From Thermodesulfobacteriota bacterium (GTDB lineage Bacteria; Desulfobacterota_D; UBA1144; Nemesobacterales; Nemesobacteraceae), in contig OZ241855.1 in the NCBI GenBank assembly GCA_965202785.1, forward strand, positions 352,001-416,000: a stretch of DNA of 64,000 nucleotides, read 5' to 3'. The position numbers were made by a program, and so were the translations under genes. Positions 30,967 to 42,027 of this stretch are shown in pieces. The stretch's first letter is position 1. Every line of letters begins with the position of its first letter. Under the pieces are notes generated by a model that saw only the letters and a list, made by a program, of their open reading frames with translations, ran no database searches and was not told the origin of the DNA.

Positions 30967-31761
30967 ATGGCACAAATGACCCAAAAACCTGAATCAGCGA
31001 ATGAGAAAACAAAATCGGCCGCGGGGAACTATGCGGTAACAATGCGGGATGTGCACAAATGGTACGGCAAGTTCCATGTGCTTAAAAACATCAATCTTAA
31101 TGTCGAAGTCGGGGAAAAAATCGTTATATGCGGCCCATCGGGTTCGGGAAAATCAACATTAATCAGATGCATCAACCGGCTGGAGGAACACCAGCAGGGA
31201 GAAATCTTCGTTGAGGGAATAGAATTGTCCCATGATATCAAGAACATCGAGACCATTCGGCGCGAGGTGGGCATGGTCTTTCAGCATTTCAACCTGTTTC
31301 CGCATCTGACGGTGCTTGAGAACTGTACCCTTGCCCCCATATGGGTCCGCAAAATGCCTCTTGCGGAGGCAAACGCAATTGCCATGCAATACCTGGAAAG
31401 AGTCAAGATACCCGAGCAGGCGGACAAGTACCCGGGTCAGCTCTCCGGGGGCCAGCAGCAGCGCGTGGCGATAGCGCGAAGTCTCTGCATGAAACCCCGG
31501 ATACTGCTGTTTGACGAACCCACATCGGCACTTGACCCCGAAATGATCAAGGAAGTGCTAGATGTGATGATTCAACTGGCAAGCGAAGGGATCACCATGA
31601 TATGCGTGACCCATGAAATGGGATTCGCAAGAACTGTCGGCGACCGCGTTATCTTCATGGACAACGGAGAAATAATTGAGGAGAACAACCCCGATGACTT
31701 TTTCCTGAACCCGCAGCATGAAAGAACGAAGCTGTTTTTAAGCCAGATACTGAATCACTGA
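30967..31761 (+). CDS. aapP: Amino acid ABC ATPase AapP
   Basis: [28 protein letters not shown]. Confidence 0.94.
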   Translation: MAQMTQKPESANEKTKSAAGNYAVTMRDVHKWYGKFHVLKNINLNVEVGEKIVICGPSGSGKSTLIRCINRLEEHQQGEIFVEGIELSHDIKNIETIRREVGMVFQHFNLFPHLTVLENCTLAPIWVRKMPLAEANAIAMQYLERVKIPEQADKYPGQLSGGQQQRVAIARSLCMKPRILLFDEPTSALDPEMIKEVLDVMIQLASEGITMICVTHEMGFARTVGDRVIFMDNGEIIEENNPDDFFLNPQHERTKLFLSQILNH

Positions 31762-31856
31762 TGGAGAATATGATTATTTTACATAAGGGAGGGGGCAGAA
31801 ATCTGATTCCATCCTTAAATTCAAGACATTTTATCCTGCTTAAGAAGATAGTGGAT

Positions 31857-32876
31857 ATGAGAGCAACGAAGTTTCTGGCAATTATTGCCGTACTGTTTTC
31901 ATTCACAGTCATGGCTGATGCTGGCACCCTTGAAGATGTAAAAGCACGAGGGAAGCTTAACTGTATTGTTTCATCGGGCTTGGCCGGATTCGCGTCTCCG
32001 GACGGAGAAGGCGGCTGGCAGGGCTTTGATGTCGATTTCTGCCGCGCCGTAGCCGCTGCCGTGCTGGGAAGCGGGGACAAGGTGAATTTCGTACCGTCTA
32101 CGAATAGAACGCGTTTCGCCCAGCTAAATGCTGGCGAAGGCGACATACTGTTCCGCAACACCACCGAAACGCTGAGTCGTGACGCTGACCTGAGACTGAC
32201 CTTCCTGCCCGTTAACTACTATGATGGTCAGGGCTTTTTAATCCGCAGAAGTCTTGGGGTAACGTCAGCAAAACAGCTGGCCGGAGCTTCAGTGTGCGTT
32301 CAGGTCGGCACCACCACGGAACTTAACTTGTCGGATTACTTCAGATTCAACAAAATGAAGTACGAGCATCTCAATACCGGAACCAACGCAGAGAGCATCA
32401 TCATGTATGAAAGCAAAAGATGCAACGTGTACACAACCGACGCATCGGCTTTGGCCTCTACGCGGGCGGCGCTGAAAAATCCTTCAGAGCATGTGATTCT
32501 TCCCGAAATCATTTCAAAGGAACCCCTGGGCGGCGCAGTGCGCCACGGCGATGACCGTTGGGCTGATATCGGAAAGTGGGTGGTTAACGCGCTGATTATC
32601 GCAGAAGAGATGGGCATCACCCAGAAAAACGTCAAGGAACTCGCTAAGAAGTCTGGAAATAATCCGGGTATGAACCGTTTTCTAGGCACCGAAGGCAGCA
32701 TGGGCGAAATGCTCGGTCTTGACAAGAAGTGGGCCGTTAACGCAATCTCAGCCGTAGGCAACTACGGGGAGATATTCGAAAGGCATCTGGGGCCCAAGAC
32801 TCCTCTAGCGCTTGAAAGGGGGCTTAACGCTTCCTGGAAAGCAGGGGGAATTTTGTACGCAGCGCCCATTCGCTGA
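31857..32876 (+). CDS. aapJ: AapJ-type binding protein, copy 2
   Basis: Near-identical DNA to 27596-28615 at an offset of 4261 nt. Confidence 0.9.
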   Translation: MRATKFLAIIAVLFSFTVMADAGTLEDVKARGKLNCIVSSGLAGFASPDGEGGWQGFDVDFCRAVAAAVLGSGDKVNFVPSTNRTRFAQLNAGEGDILFRNTTETLSRDADLRLTFLPVNYYDGQGFLIRRSLGVTSAKQLAGASVCVQVGTTTELNLSDYFRFNKMKYEHLNTGTNAESIIMYESKRCNVYTTDASALASTRAALKNPSEHVILPEIISKEPLGGAVRHGDDRWADIGKWVVNALIIAEEMGITQKNVKELAKKSGNNPGMNRFLGTEGSMGEMLGLDKKWAVNAISAVGNYGEIFERHLGPKTPLALERGLNASWKAGGILYAAPIR

Positions 32877-33075
32877 TCGTGAGTAAAGCCGTTCCGACTT
32901 CGACGGTTTGGAATTGCAACATACCGATATCACTAATTCTTATTTTGCTGCTAGCCGCATTTTTGGGAACCTCGAGAATCGGATGCTGGACACCCTGTTT
33001 TGGAGGTGGGAATTGCCAACGATTCAGCATTGCGTATTTTTTGCTTAATACCTTGGAATAACAGATTTTTAATAG

Positions 33076-33117
33076 CTAACCTTGCAATCAGCGACCCTCT
33101 AACCTTGCAATCAGCGA
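33076..33117. repeat. 19-bp tandem direct repeat
   Basis: CTAACCTTGCAATCAGCGA x2 separated by CCCT. Confidence 0.85.
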
Positions 33118-33208
33118 TAGCTTAAGGAGTATGATCATGGGCGGCAAAACCGAACGTGCACCGCTTTCGTTAAGGTTGAGCTCTTAGAAAAATTGAGACA
33201 CTCGCGGT

Positions 33209-34855
33209 CTATCCGAAATTGTCCTCGCCCCGCCGCTCAAGCACCTGGGCGAGCCAGTCCGGGTCCATCTCCGGCACCGAAGACAGAAGCAGGTCCGTAT
33301 AGCGATGGTGAGGCGGCGTGAACATCTCGTGTTTGGGCCCCTGCTCCACCACCCTGCCTTCTTTCATCACGACCACTTCGTCAGCGATGGAGCGTACCAT
33401 CGCCAGATCATGCGTTATAAACAGATAGGCCAGATTCATATCTCTCTGGAACCTGTCGAGCATTTTCAGGATTTCCCCGGCAACGAGCTGGTCCAGAGCA
33501 CTCGTGATCTCGTCACAGATAATGAAGGCAGGCTCGGCCGCCAAGGCCCTTGCAATTCCCACCCGTTGCTTCTGACCGCCTGAGAGTTCCGGCGGAAACC
33601 GGTTATAGAACAGTGACGGATCAAGCTCGAGGAGGTCCAGCAGCTCGTCAACGCGGCTTTTGAGCGCCGTTCCCCTCAGGCCGCCGTAGAACCGCGCGGG
33701 GCGGCCGATTATCTCACCGACCCTGATCCTGGGGTTAAGCGCGGTATCGGCCATCTGGTAAATCATCTGAACCTGCCTGAGCTGATCTACGCTGCGATTT
33801 CTGTAGCTTTTCGCCAGTTCTTCGCCGTTTAGCAGAATGCGTCCCTCAAACGGCTGGAGCAGTCCCGTAATACATCGGGCCGCCGTGGATTTGCCGGAAC
33901 CCGACTCGCCTACCAGCGCGACGGTCATTCCGGCATGAATGTCAAACGATACGTCTTCCAGCACCTTGGTCTCGCCGTATCCGGCGCCTACGCCCTCAAC
34001 CGACACGACCGGCGCTGCACTGCCGTCCGCAGGCCGGTCTTTCTGGGAGTGCGTGAGATTTCTTACCGACCACAGAGACTTGGTGTAATCGTCCCGGGGA
34101 GATTCCAGCATTGTTCTGGTATCGGCCTCCTCGACTTCCTCTCCCTTGAGCAGAACCTTGATCACGTCGGCCATCTGGGCCACGACGGCCAGGTCATGGG
34201 ATATGTAGATTACGGCCGTGGCGAACCGCCTGACGATATAGCGTATGGCCGCAAGAACCTCGATCTGAGTGGTGACGTCAAGAGCCGTGGTAGGTTCGTC
34301 AAAGATGATGAGATCGGGGCGGCAGGCCATGGCCATGGCCGTCATCGCCCTCTGCAGCTGACCGCCGGAAACCTGATGAGGGTAGCGAAAGCCTATCCCC
34401 TCGGGGTCGGGCAGGTGCAGACGTCTGTACATCTCCACGGCATCCTCCCGGCTTTCCTCGCGGCTTCTCATGCGGTGGTGAACCGGGGCTTCGGTGTACT
34501 GGTCAACGAGCCTGTGCGCCGGATTGAACGATGCCGCCGCGGACTGCGCCACGTAAGCTATGCGCGAACCGCGAAGAACGCGCAGGTCCGATTCCGCGGT
34601 GGTGGTCAGCTCCAGGCCGTCAAACTCCACGGAGCCTCCCGAAATGCGGCATCCGTCACGCGTAAAACCCATGGCGGCAAGGCCGATGGTGGATTTGCCC
34701 GCGCCGGATTCACCGATGAGCCCCAGGACCTGTCCCCGGTCGAGATCCAGATCGACTCCGCGCACGATTTCATTCCACTTCCCGCCCGCAAAACCTTCCA
34801 CCCGAAGACCCCTTATTCTGAGAAGCTGATGTTTTCTGTTTTCCGTCGTCGTCAT
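33209..34855 (-). CDS. Dual-NBD ABC ATPase (Dpp/Opp family, PrbD-like)
   Basis: Two Walker A motifs (GESGAGKS, GESGSGKS); YVAQSAAASFNPAHRL. Confidence 0.9.
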   Translation of the reverse strand: MTTTENRKHQLLRIRGLRVEGFAGGKWNEIVRGVDLDLDRGQVLGLIGESGAGKSTIGLAAMGFTRDGCRISGGSVEFDGLELTTTAESDLRVLRGSRIAYVAQSAAASFNPAHRLVDQYTEAPVHHRMRSREESREDAVEMYRRLHLPDPEGIGFRYPHQVSGGQLQRAMTAMAMACRPDLIIFDEPTTALDVTTQIEVLAAIRYIVRRFATAVIYISHDLAVVAQMADVIKVLLKGEEVEEADTRTMLESPRDDYTKSLWSVRNLTHSQKDRPADGSAAPVVSVEGVGAGYGETKVLEDVSFDIHAGMTVALVGESGSGKSTAARCITGLLQPFEGRILLNGEELAKSYRNRSVDQLRQVQMIYQMADTALNPRIRVGEIIGRPARFYGGLRGTALKSRVDELLDLLELDPSLFYNRFPPELSGGQKQRVGIARALAAEPAFIICDEITSALDQLVAGEILKMLDRFQRDMNLAYLFITHDLAMVRSIADEVVVMKEGRVVEQGPKHEMFTPPHHRYTDLLLSSVPEMDPDWLAQVLERRGEDNFG

Positions 34856-34861
34856 TCTCGG

Positions 34862-35923
34862 CTACTCCTTCAGTCCCGATGAGCGCATCAGCACCCAGTC
34901 CACCACGAAGTTGACGGCTACCGTAAGTAGCGCAATGGCCGCGGCGGGGATAAGGGGCGTAATCTCACCGAACGATATAAGGGTCGCATTTTCCCGCACC
35001 ATGGAACCCCAGTCGGCGGCCGGGGGCTGAATGCCAAGACCCAGAAACGACAGGCCGGCAAGCAGCAGGAAAACGAAACAGAACTCAAGGCCGAATTCCG
35101 CAACAAGAGGGGACGTGGAATTCGGCAGAACCTCTCTTCGAATGAGATGCCACATCCCTTCCCCACGCAGGCGCGCCGCCTCGAAATAATCCATCACCAC
35201 CACGTTTCCCGCAACGGCGCGCGTCAGGCGGAATACCCTGGGAGAATAAATTACCGCGATGATTATCACCAGCATCGTCAGGTTGGAGCCGAAGATGCTC
35301 AGCAGCAGCAAGGCGAATATGAGCGACGGAACCGACATCACAACATCCGCGGCGCGCCCCATGAACTGGTCGAACCAGCCTCCTCTGACGGCGGAAACCA
35401 GTCCCAGGAGAACGCCCGCTAGAAACGCGAGCAGGGTAGCGGCTAGCGCCAAGCCTACGGTATTTCTGGCCCCGTAGACAATCCGGCTGAACATGTCCCT
35501 TCCCAGCTGATCCGCCCCCAGCAGCATTTCCTCGCTCATCGGCGCAAACGCCTGACCCACGATCTCGGCCTCCCCGTAGGGAGCGATCACCGGAGCGAAG
35601 ATCCCGGCAATGGCGTAAGTCCCTATGACGAACAGCCCGAAACTGGCCGTAAGCGGGGCCGTGCGCATGGCTTCCGCGCTCTTTGGGGGCAGCACGGTCG
35701 CGAGGAACTCCCGGAAGGCGTACGCGGTGCCAGCGCAGAGGATGAGAACCACCGCTATGACGGTCACCGTCCGCAGAGCCGTTTCACCCCCTATGATTCC
35801 CATGATGAAAGAGGCCAGAGTGAGGGAGAAGAGCACGAGGAACGCCCCGCGCTTCTTCAGGTAGGCGGCAAGGCAGGATGCCCCGATCAGCATGGCGTAG
35901 TAGACGATCACGAATACGTTCAT
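34862..35923 (-). CDS. ABC permease, DppC/PrbC-like, with extra N-terminal TM helices
   Basis: LGADQLGRDMFSR, EAARLRGE, LSFLGLGIQPP. Confidence 0.9.
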   Translation of the reverse strand: MNVFVIVYYAMLIGASCLAAYLKKRGAFLVLFSLTLASFIMGIIGGETALRTVTVIAVVLILCAGTAYAFREFLATVLPPKSAEAMRTAPLTASFGLFVIGTYAIAGIFAPVIAPYGEAEIVGQAFAPMSEEMLLGADQLGRDMFSRIVYGARNTVGLALAATLLAFLAGVLLGLVSAVRGGWFDQFMGRAADVVMSVPSLIFALLLLSIFGSNLTMLVIIIAVIYSPRVFRLTRAVAGNVVVMDYFEAARLRGEGMWHLIRREVLPNSTSPLVAEFGLEFCFVFLLLAGLSFLGLGIQPPAADWGSMVRENATLISFGEITPLIPAAAIALLTVAVNFVVDWVLMRSSGLKE

Positions 35924-35932
35924 ATCACGGTC

Positions 35933-36889
35933 TCACTTCGGGTGGCGCAGGCGCGGATTGGTAAGAATGGTTCCCACGTCCGCCGCAAGGTTCAGCAGTA
36001 TGAACGTCGCGGCGAATACAAGACAGCAGGCCTGCACCACCGGAAAATCACGCTTGGTCACGCTGTCCACCAGCAGCTGCCCTATCCCCGGATAGACGAA
36101 CACCACCTCAACCAGCACCACGCCGGTAATCAGGTAGGCGAGATTCAAGGCTACGACGTTAATTATCGGCGCCCATGAATTGGGCAGCGCATGTCTTGCG
36201 ACGACTTTCCATTCCGGAATTCCCTTCAGGCGCGCCATCTCTATATAAGGAGAGGACAGCAGGCTGATTATGGCCGCGCGGGTCATGCGCATCATGTGGG
36301 CCACCACCACGAGCACCATAGTCAGCGCGGGGAGGAACATGCGATGAAGCTTTTCCCAAAGAACCATATCTTCGTCCAGCCTCGCGATGGAATGGAAGTA
36401 GCCGGTATTCACCGCAAGGTAGAGAATCAGTATGTAGCCGAGGAAGAACTCGGGAGATGAAATGGAAATCAGGGTGCCCACGTTGGAAATCCTGTCAAAC
36501 AGCGAATTCCTGAAAAGGGCCGCCAGAACGCCCAGAAAGATCGCCAGGGGCACGGCGATTACCGCAGCATAAAGAGCCAGAAGCAGCGTGTTCACGAACC
36601 TCGGCCCGATCGTTTCGGCTACGGGAGCCCCGGTTATCAGGGAGGATCCGAAATCGCCGGAGAGAGATCCCGAGAGCCATTCGACGTAACGTGCGGCGGC
36701 AGGGCGGTCTAGACCCAGTTGATCGCGCATGGCGGCGACGGTTTCTTCGGTAGCTCCCTGACCGAGCACGGCCTGCGCCACGTCGCCCGGCAGGAATTCC
36801 ACCGCGCCGAAGATAAGCACCGAGACGACGAGCAGGGTCGCAAGTCCAAGCCCCAGCCGCTTGAGAACAATGCCTAGAACGTCGTCCAT
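35933..36889 (-). CDS. ABC permease, DppB/PrbB-like
   Basis: LPGDVA, GDFGSS, YIEMARLKG, RDFPVVQ; AAGGAG SD before ATG 36889. Confidence 0.9.
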   Translation of the reverse strand: MDDVLGIVLKRLGLGLATLLVVSVLIFGAVEFLPGDVAQAVLGQGATEETVAAMRDQLGLDRPAAARYVEWLSGSLSGDFGSSLITGAPVAETIGPRFVNTLLLALYAAVIAVPLAIFLGVLAALFRNSLFDRISNVGTLISISSPEFFLGYILILYLAVNTGYFHSIARLDEDMVLWEKLHRMFLPALTMVLVVVAHMMRMTRAAIISLLSSPYIEMARLKGIPEWKVVARHALPNSWAPIINVVALNLAYLITGVVLVEVVFVYPGIGQLLVDSVTKRDFPVVQACCLVFAATFILLNLAADVGTILTNPRLRHPK

Positions 36890-37015
36890 GGGAATAACAC
36901 TCCTTTCGAACCCGCGGGGAAAACCCCGATCAGATCCGCCCCCGCTGTTAGCATACCACAACAGGAAAAAGGCGGCAGGAGCGGAGCGGGCAAGAGAAAC
37001 TGCGGATACTCGGCG

Positions 37016-38626
37016 TCAGTTCGCGAACCACCAGCGGCTTGCGCCTCTCGCGCCGTCAATCTGCCAACTGCCGGCAAGATCTGGCCCGTGCCGAACTTTC
37101 TTGTTGCGCGCGTAGACGAAGTTGGCAAACATGGGGAGGATAGTCCCGCCGTCGTCGCGCGCCAGTTGCTGCATCTCGCGGTACATCGCCGTGCGCTTTG
37201 CCTGATCCAGTTCGGCCTTGGCCAGCAGCAGCAGTTCGTTAAAACGCTTGTTCTTCCATCGGCTTTCATTCCACGCGGCGTCGTCCTTGTAGGCCAGCGT
37301 GAACATGACGTCGGGAGTCGGCCGCGCGCCCCAGTGCACTACGCAGAACGGTTTTTTGAGCCACACGTTTGAATAATAGCCGTCGCTCGGCTCGCGCACC
37401 ACGTTAATCTCGATTCCGGCGGCCTTGGCCTGCTGAGCGAACAGCACGCACATGTCAACCGCCCCCGAGTAAACGGTATCGGCAACAGAGAGATTCACCT
37501 TGAGCTTTTCCCTGCCGGCCTTCTTGAGCAGCGCCCTGGCCCGCTCGGGATCATACTCGCGCTGCGGCAGGTCCGCCCAGTAGGGCATGTTCGGCGAAAC
37601 GTGGGCGTCATTGCCGGGAATCGCCATGCCGAACGCGATCTTCTGGATGATTTCCTCGCGGTCGATAGCAAGCTTCATGGCGTTCCTCACGTTGACGTCG
37701 TCAAACGGCGCAGTGTCGCAGAACATCGGCATCGTGAGCGCCGAGCCGCTGGGAACGTTATCTATCTCGATATTCTTGTTGCGCCGGAGCAGGTTCAGGG
37801 TCTTGAGTTCAATCTGCGTAACGGCATCCACCTCGTCGGTGACCAGCGCTATCTCGCGTGCGTTGGGGTCGTTCAGAACCGTGAGTTCAACCTTATCGAA
37901 GTAGGCACCTTCCAGGTGCCATCCGTCATGGCGCACGAGCTTCGTGCCGATGCCGGGGCGGTGACTGACTATCTTGTAGGAACCGGCGCCGTCGCCCGAC
38001 TGCCAGTCGACGGTGCCGTCGGCGTTGGCCGGCAGCATGGCCAGGTGGTAGTCGGTCATCAGCCAGGGCAGGTCCGCGTTGCCGCTTTCCAGTTTCACCG
38101 TAATGGAGTGAGGGCTGTTCTTTACGATTTCCCTTACGTCCTTGAGCAGGGCCGCGGCCGCCGAGGTGGTCTTGTCGCCGCGATGATGGTTAAGAGAGGC
38201 GATGGCGTCATCCGCGGTAAAGGGTCTGCCGCTGTGAAAAGAAGCGTTCTTGTTCAGCTTGAACGTCCACTCGGAGGCATCATCCGACGCCGACCACGAG
38301 ACCGCCATGTCAGGGCCCAGGCCGTTTTGCGGAGTGATCAGGGTCAGGTAGCTGCGATGAATGTGCGCAAGCTGGATGGCGGCAAAGCTTAAGTAGGTGC
38401 CGGGGTCGTGGGTGTCGGAGGTGTTGCCGTCATGCAGTCCCAGCCTGAAGGTACCGCCTTTTCTGGGCGAAGCCGCCATCACTTCCGTATTCCAGAGCGC
38501 CGAAGCGGCCGACACGGTTATTCCGGCGGCGACGAGAAGACGGATAAAATCCCGTCGGCTCAGGCGCCCGTCGCGCCCGTCGCTTTTCATCTGTTCAAGA
38601 AGTTGCTCGTGGGTAAGGTGTTTCAC
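37016..38626 (-). CDS. Family-5 ABC binding protein with Tat signal (PrbA-like)
   Basis: SRRDFI Tat motif; WTFKL, FDDVNVRNAMKLAIDR, AAWNESRW. Confidence 0.9.
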   Translation of the reverse strand: MKHLTHEQLLEQMKSDGRDGRLSRRDFIRLLVAAGITVSAASALWNTEVMAASPRKGGTFRLGLHDGNTSDTHDPGTYLSFAAIQLAHIHRSYLTLITPQNGLGPDMAVSWSASDDASEWTFKLNKNASFHSGRPFTADDAIASLNHHRGDKTTSAAAALLKDVREIVKNSPHSITVKLESGNADLPWLMTDYHLAMLPANADGTVDWQSGDGAGSYKIVSHRPGIGTKLVRHDGWHLEGAYFDKVELTVLNDPNAREIALVTDEVDAVTQIELKTLNLLRRNKNIEIDNVPSGSALTMPMFCDTAPFDDVNVRNAMKLAIDREEIIQKIAFGMAIPGNDAHVSPNMPYWADLPQREYDPERARALLKKAGREKLKVNLSVADTVYSGAVDMCVLFAQQAKAAGIEINVVREPSDGYYSNVWLKKPFCVVHWGARPTPDVMFTLAYKDDAAWNESRWKNKRFNELLLLAKAELDQAKRTAMYREMQQLARDDGGTILPMFANFVYARNKKVRHGPDLAGSWQIDGARGASRWWFAN

Positions 38627-39050
38627 AGTCCGCCTTCATGCAAAAAAGCCAAGTGCCCCCCGCCTAGCCTCTATTCTGCTTAATATGCGTATCAAATGTC
38701 AAGGTGTTTCTCGGCGCACATCTTACGTGTCAATCAAAACAGGAGACCTGCGGCAATCGAGATGAGAAAAAGGGATCAGCCCGGCTGGATTAAGATTGGT
38801 CAGACTCAAGGCCGAGGCGAACCGGATACACGCAACGGACGTGCGTGGACTGCAAGAGATATCCGCCAGATCGGGTGCCGGGAAAACCGGCGGACGGAGA
38901 AGAGAAAATTCCTTCGTTTCACCCCTTGAGCGGGAAACTCCGCCGCGCTGCGCTTTCCCCAAATCGCGCGAAAGGCGATTTTAAGTTAGAATTTAGCGGA
39001 ATAACCGACCAGCCGGACGCACTACGGTCGACACAAGGAGGAATACTCTA

Positions 39051-40754
39051 TTGGCAACGAAGACCCCTAAGAAGAAAGAAACCCCCAGGAAATACTCCTC
39101 GATTTACGTAGAAGGGACGCACAGGGCACCGAGTCGCTCCATGCTGAGAGCAGTGGGTTTTACCGACAGGGATTTCAAGAAACCCGTCGTGGGGATAGCG
39201 TCGACCTGGAGCATGGTAACGCCGTGCAACATGCACATAGACCAGCTCGCAAGACACGGAGCCGCAGGAGCAAACAAGGCAGGGGGCAAATCCATAATCT
39301 TCAACACCATTACCGTGTCCGACGGAATATCCATGGGAACTCCGGGCATGAGGTACTCGCTTGTATCCAGGGAAGTCATAGCCGACTCGATCGAAACGGT
39401 GGCCGCCGGAGAGGGATTTGACGGAATCGTGGCCATAGGAGGGTGCGACAAGAACATGCCGGGATGCCTGATGGCGATGGCGAGACTCAACAGGCCCTCG
39501 GTGTTCGTCTACGGTGGGACGATACTTCCGGGCAACTACAGGGGAAAGGACGTGGACATCGTTTCGGTATTCGAAGCCGTGGGGGCACACTCGAACAACG
39601 ACATTACTGACTCCGAGCTCAAGGAAATCGAGTCCTGCGCCATTCCGGGACCTGGTTCATGCGGAGGAATGTATACAGCAAACACAATGGCTTCGGCAAT
39701 AGAGGCACTCGGAATGAGTCTTCCGAACAGTTCGGCCCAGGCGGCCGTTTCAAAAGACAAGGTGGCGGACTGCAAAAACGCGGGGGCGGCGGTCGTTAAC
39801 CTCATAAGGGAGAACATAACGCCGCGGGACATAATGACGAAAAAAGCTTTTCTGAACGCCATAACGGTAGTTGTCGCGCTCGGCGGCTCGACAAATTCGG
39901 TCCTTCACCTCCTGGCAATGGCGAACGCCGCGGGGGTAAGGCTCACCATAGATGACTTCACTAGAGTCGGAAAGAAAGTTCCTGTCCTTGCCGACCTAAA
40001 GCCCAGCGGACAGTACATGATGTCTGATTTCTGCAAAATAGGAGGGCTCACCCCGCTGCTTAGAATTCTGCTTGACGAGGGGCTCCTCCACGGCGACTGC
40101 ATGACGGTGACAGGCAAGACTCTCAAGCAGAACCTCCGGGGAGTAAGAAGATACCCCAGGGGACAGAAGATAGTTCTCCCGGTGAGAAACCCGATAAAGG
40201 AATCGGCTCACATAGTGATTCTCAAGGGAAATATCGCGCCTGAAGGGGCGGTGGCTAAGATAACGGGCAAGGAAGGCAACTCCTTTACCGGCAAGGCGCT
40301 GGTGTTTAACTCTGAAGAGCAGAGTCTTAAGGCAATTCTCGACGGCAGGGTTAAGAAAGGACACGTGATAGTGGTGAGGTACGAAGGCCCAAAAGGCGGG
40401 CCTGGGATGAGAGAGATGCTCGCGCCCACGGCGGCTGTAATGGGCAAGGGACTGGGAGGAGACGTGGCTCTTATCACAGACGGGCGTTTCTCTGGAGGAA
40501 CACACGGCTTCGTCGTGGGGCATATAACACCCGAGGCGGTTGACGGCGGCACCCTTGCGCTCATAAAAAACGGGGATGAGATCACTATTGATGCAGAGAG
40601 CAGGGAAATAACCCTGAACGTATCAAAGAGGGAGCTTCAAAGAAGGAGAAAAGCCTGGAAGAAACCGGCAGCCAAGGAAAAAACTGGCGTGCTGGCGAAA
40701 TACTCAAGGCTGGTTTCCTCAGCCTCCCAGGGTGCTGTAACCGACAGGGTCTAG
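39051..40754 (+). CDS. ilvD: Dihydroxy-acid dehydratase
   Basis: [39 protein letters not shown]; AAGGAGG SD + TTG. Confidence 0.96.
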   Translation: MATKTPKKKETPRKYSSIYVEGTHRAPSRSMLRAVGFTDRDFKKPVVGIASTWSMVTPCNMHIDQLARHGAAGANKAGGKSIIFNTITVSDGISMGTPGMRYSLVSREVIADSIETVAAGEGFDGIVAIGGCDKNMPGCLMAMARLNRPSVFVYGGTILPGNYRGKDVDIVSVFEAVGAHSNNDITDSELKEIESCAIPGPGSCGGMYTANTMASAIEALGMSLPNSSAQAAVSKDKVADCKNAGAAVVNLIRENITPRDIMTKKAFLNAITVVVALGGSTNSVLHLLAMANAAGVRLTIDDFTRVGKKVPVLADLKPSGQYMMSDFCKIGGLTPLLRILLDEGLLHGDCMTVTGKTLKQNLRGVRRYPRGQKIVLPVRNPIKESAHIVILKGNIAPEGAVAKITGKEGNSFTGKALVFNSEEQSLKAILDGRVKKGHVIVVRYEGPKGGPGMREMLAPTAAVMGKGLGGDVALITDGRFSGGTHGFVVGHITPEAVDGGTLALIKNGDEITIDAESREITLNVSKRELQRRRKAWKKPAAKEKTGVLAKYSRLVSSASQGAVTDRV

Positions 40755-40818
40755 CGTCTAGGTCAGCCGTTTTGCCCTGCGTATTGCCTATTTCCGCGGC
40801 GGGAATATACTTTATTCC

Positions 40819-42015
40819 ATGGAACTGCTTCGCGGAAAGAACGTCGTAGTGGGAGTAACGGGCGGTATCTCCGCCTACAAGTCCTGCGAACTTGTAAGGT
40901 CTCTCGTGAGAGACGGGGCGGAGGTGCGGTGCGCAATGACCAGAAACGCCGAGCGCTTCATAACCCCCCTAACCCTCCAGACCCTCTCCGGGAACAAGGT
41001 CGCCTCGAACCTCTTTGACCTGACTTCAGAATCCGAGATAGGTCACATAAAAATCGCTGACGAGGCCGACGTCGTAGTGGTCGCGCCCGCAAGCGCGTCC
41101 TTCATAGGCAAAATCGCTTCGGGCATAGCCGACAGCCTGCTCGCGACCGTCATACTGGCGACAAAAGCTCCCGTAATCATCTGCCCGGCCATGAACTCGA
41201 ACATGTATTCAAACTCAATAGTGCAGGAGAACATGGAAAAGCTCAGGCGCCACGGATTCACCTTAGTCGAACCCGGCGAGGGAGATCTCGCCTGCGGGTG
41301 GACCGGCAGGGGAAGACTTGCCGAAACAGACGTTATCGCTCTTGAGGTTCAAAAGGCGGTTACACAGCAAGACTACTCGGGTGAAAACATACTGGTAAGC
41401 GCCGGGGCAACAAGAGAACACATAGATCCCGTAAGGTTCATATCCAACCCCTCAACCGGCAAAATGGGCTACTCGATAGCCCGGGCGGGATGGCTTCGCG
41501 GAGCCCGGACCACTCTGGTTTCGGGATACTCTTCTTTACCAGACCCTCACGGAGTGGAGGTGGTACGGGTAACGGATTGCAATGACATGTACGAGCGAAT
41601 CCACGAGCGTTTTGAACTAGCTAATATAGTAATAAAATCGGCGGCCGTAAGCGACTACTCGCCTTGCGAGAAATCGGAGCAGAAGATAAAGAAATCGAAG
41701 AAAGAACTCTCAATCCCTCTTAAGAAAACCCGGGATATATTAAAATCGCTCGGAGAGGATAAAAAAGACAGAATCCTGGTGGGATTTGCTGCCGAGACGG
41801 AAAACCTTGTCAATAATTCCAAGAAAAAGCTCAAGGAAAAAAATCTAGACCTCATAGTGGCAAACGACGTTACGGCCCCGCAGGCGGGCTTCGGGGAAGA
41901 TACCAACATCGCGTGGCTCGTTGACAGGGAGAGGGTTGAAGAACTTCCCCTTATGAGTAAGTTCGAACTCGCAAACAGGATCCTTGACAGGATAAAAGAA
42001 ATAGGAAACGGGTAG
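40819..42015 (+). CDS. coaBC: Phosphopantothenoylcysteine decarboxylase/ligase
   Basis: TGGISAYK, PAMN, DPVRFISN.STGKMG, GFAAET. Confidence 0.96.
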   Translation: MELLRGKNVVVGVTGGISAYKSCELVRSLVRDGAEVRCAMTRNAERFITPLTLQTLSGNKVASNLFDLTSESEIGHIKIADEADVVVVAPASASFIGKIASGIADSLLATVILATKAPVIICPAMNSNMYSNSIVQENMEKLRRHGFTLVEPGEGDLACGWTGRGRLAETDVIALEVQKAVTQQDYSGENILVSAGATREHIDPVRFISNPSTGKMGYSIARAGWLRGARTTLVSGYSSLPDPHGVEVVRVTDCNDMYERIHERFELANIVIKSAAVSDYSPCEKSEQKIKKSKKELSIPLKKTRDILKSLGEDKKDRILVGFAAETENLVNNSKKKLKEKNLDLIVANDVTAPQAGFGEDTNIAWLVDRERVEELPLMSKFELANRILDRIKEIGNG

Positions 42016-42027
42016 AGTTGTCAGTCT

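Noticed and set aside
33076-33117. Possible CRISPR array
   Set aside because: Only two 19-bp units with a 4-nt gap; no spacers or cas genes.
38627-39050. Riboswitch or ilv attenuator in the long intergenic region
   Set aside because: Small hairpins only; no recognisable aptamer or Ile/Leu/Val-rich leader peptide.
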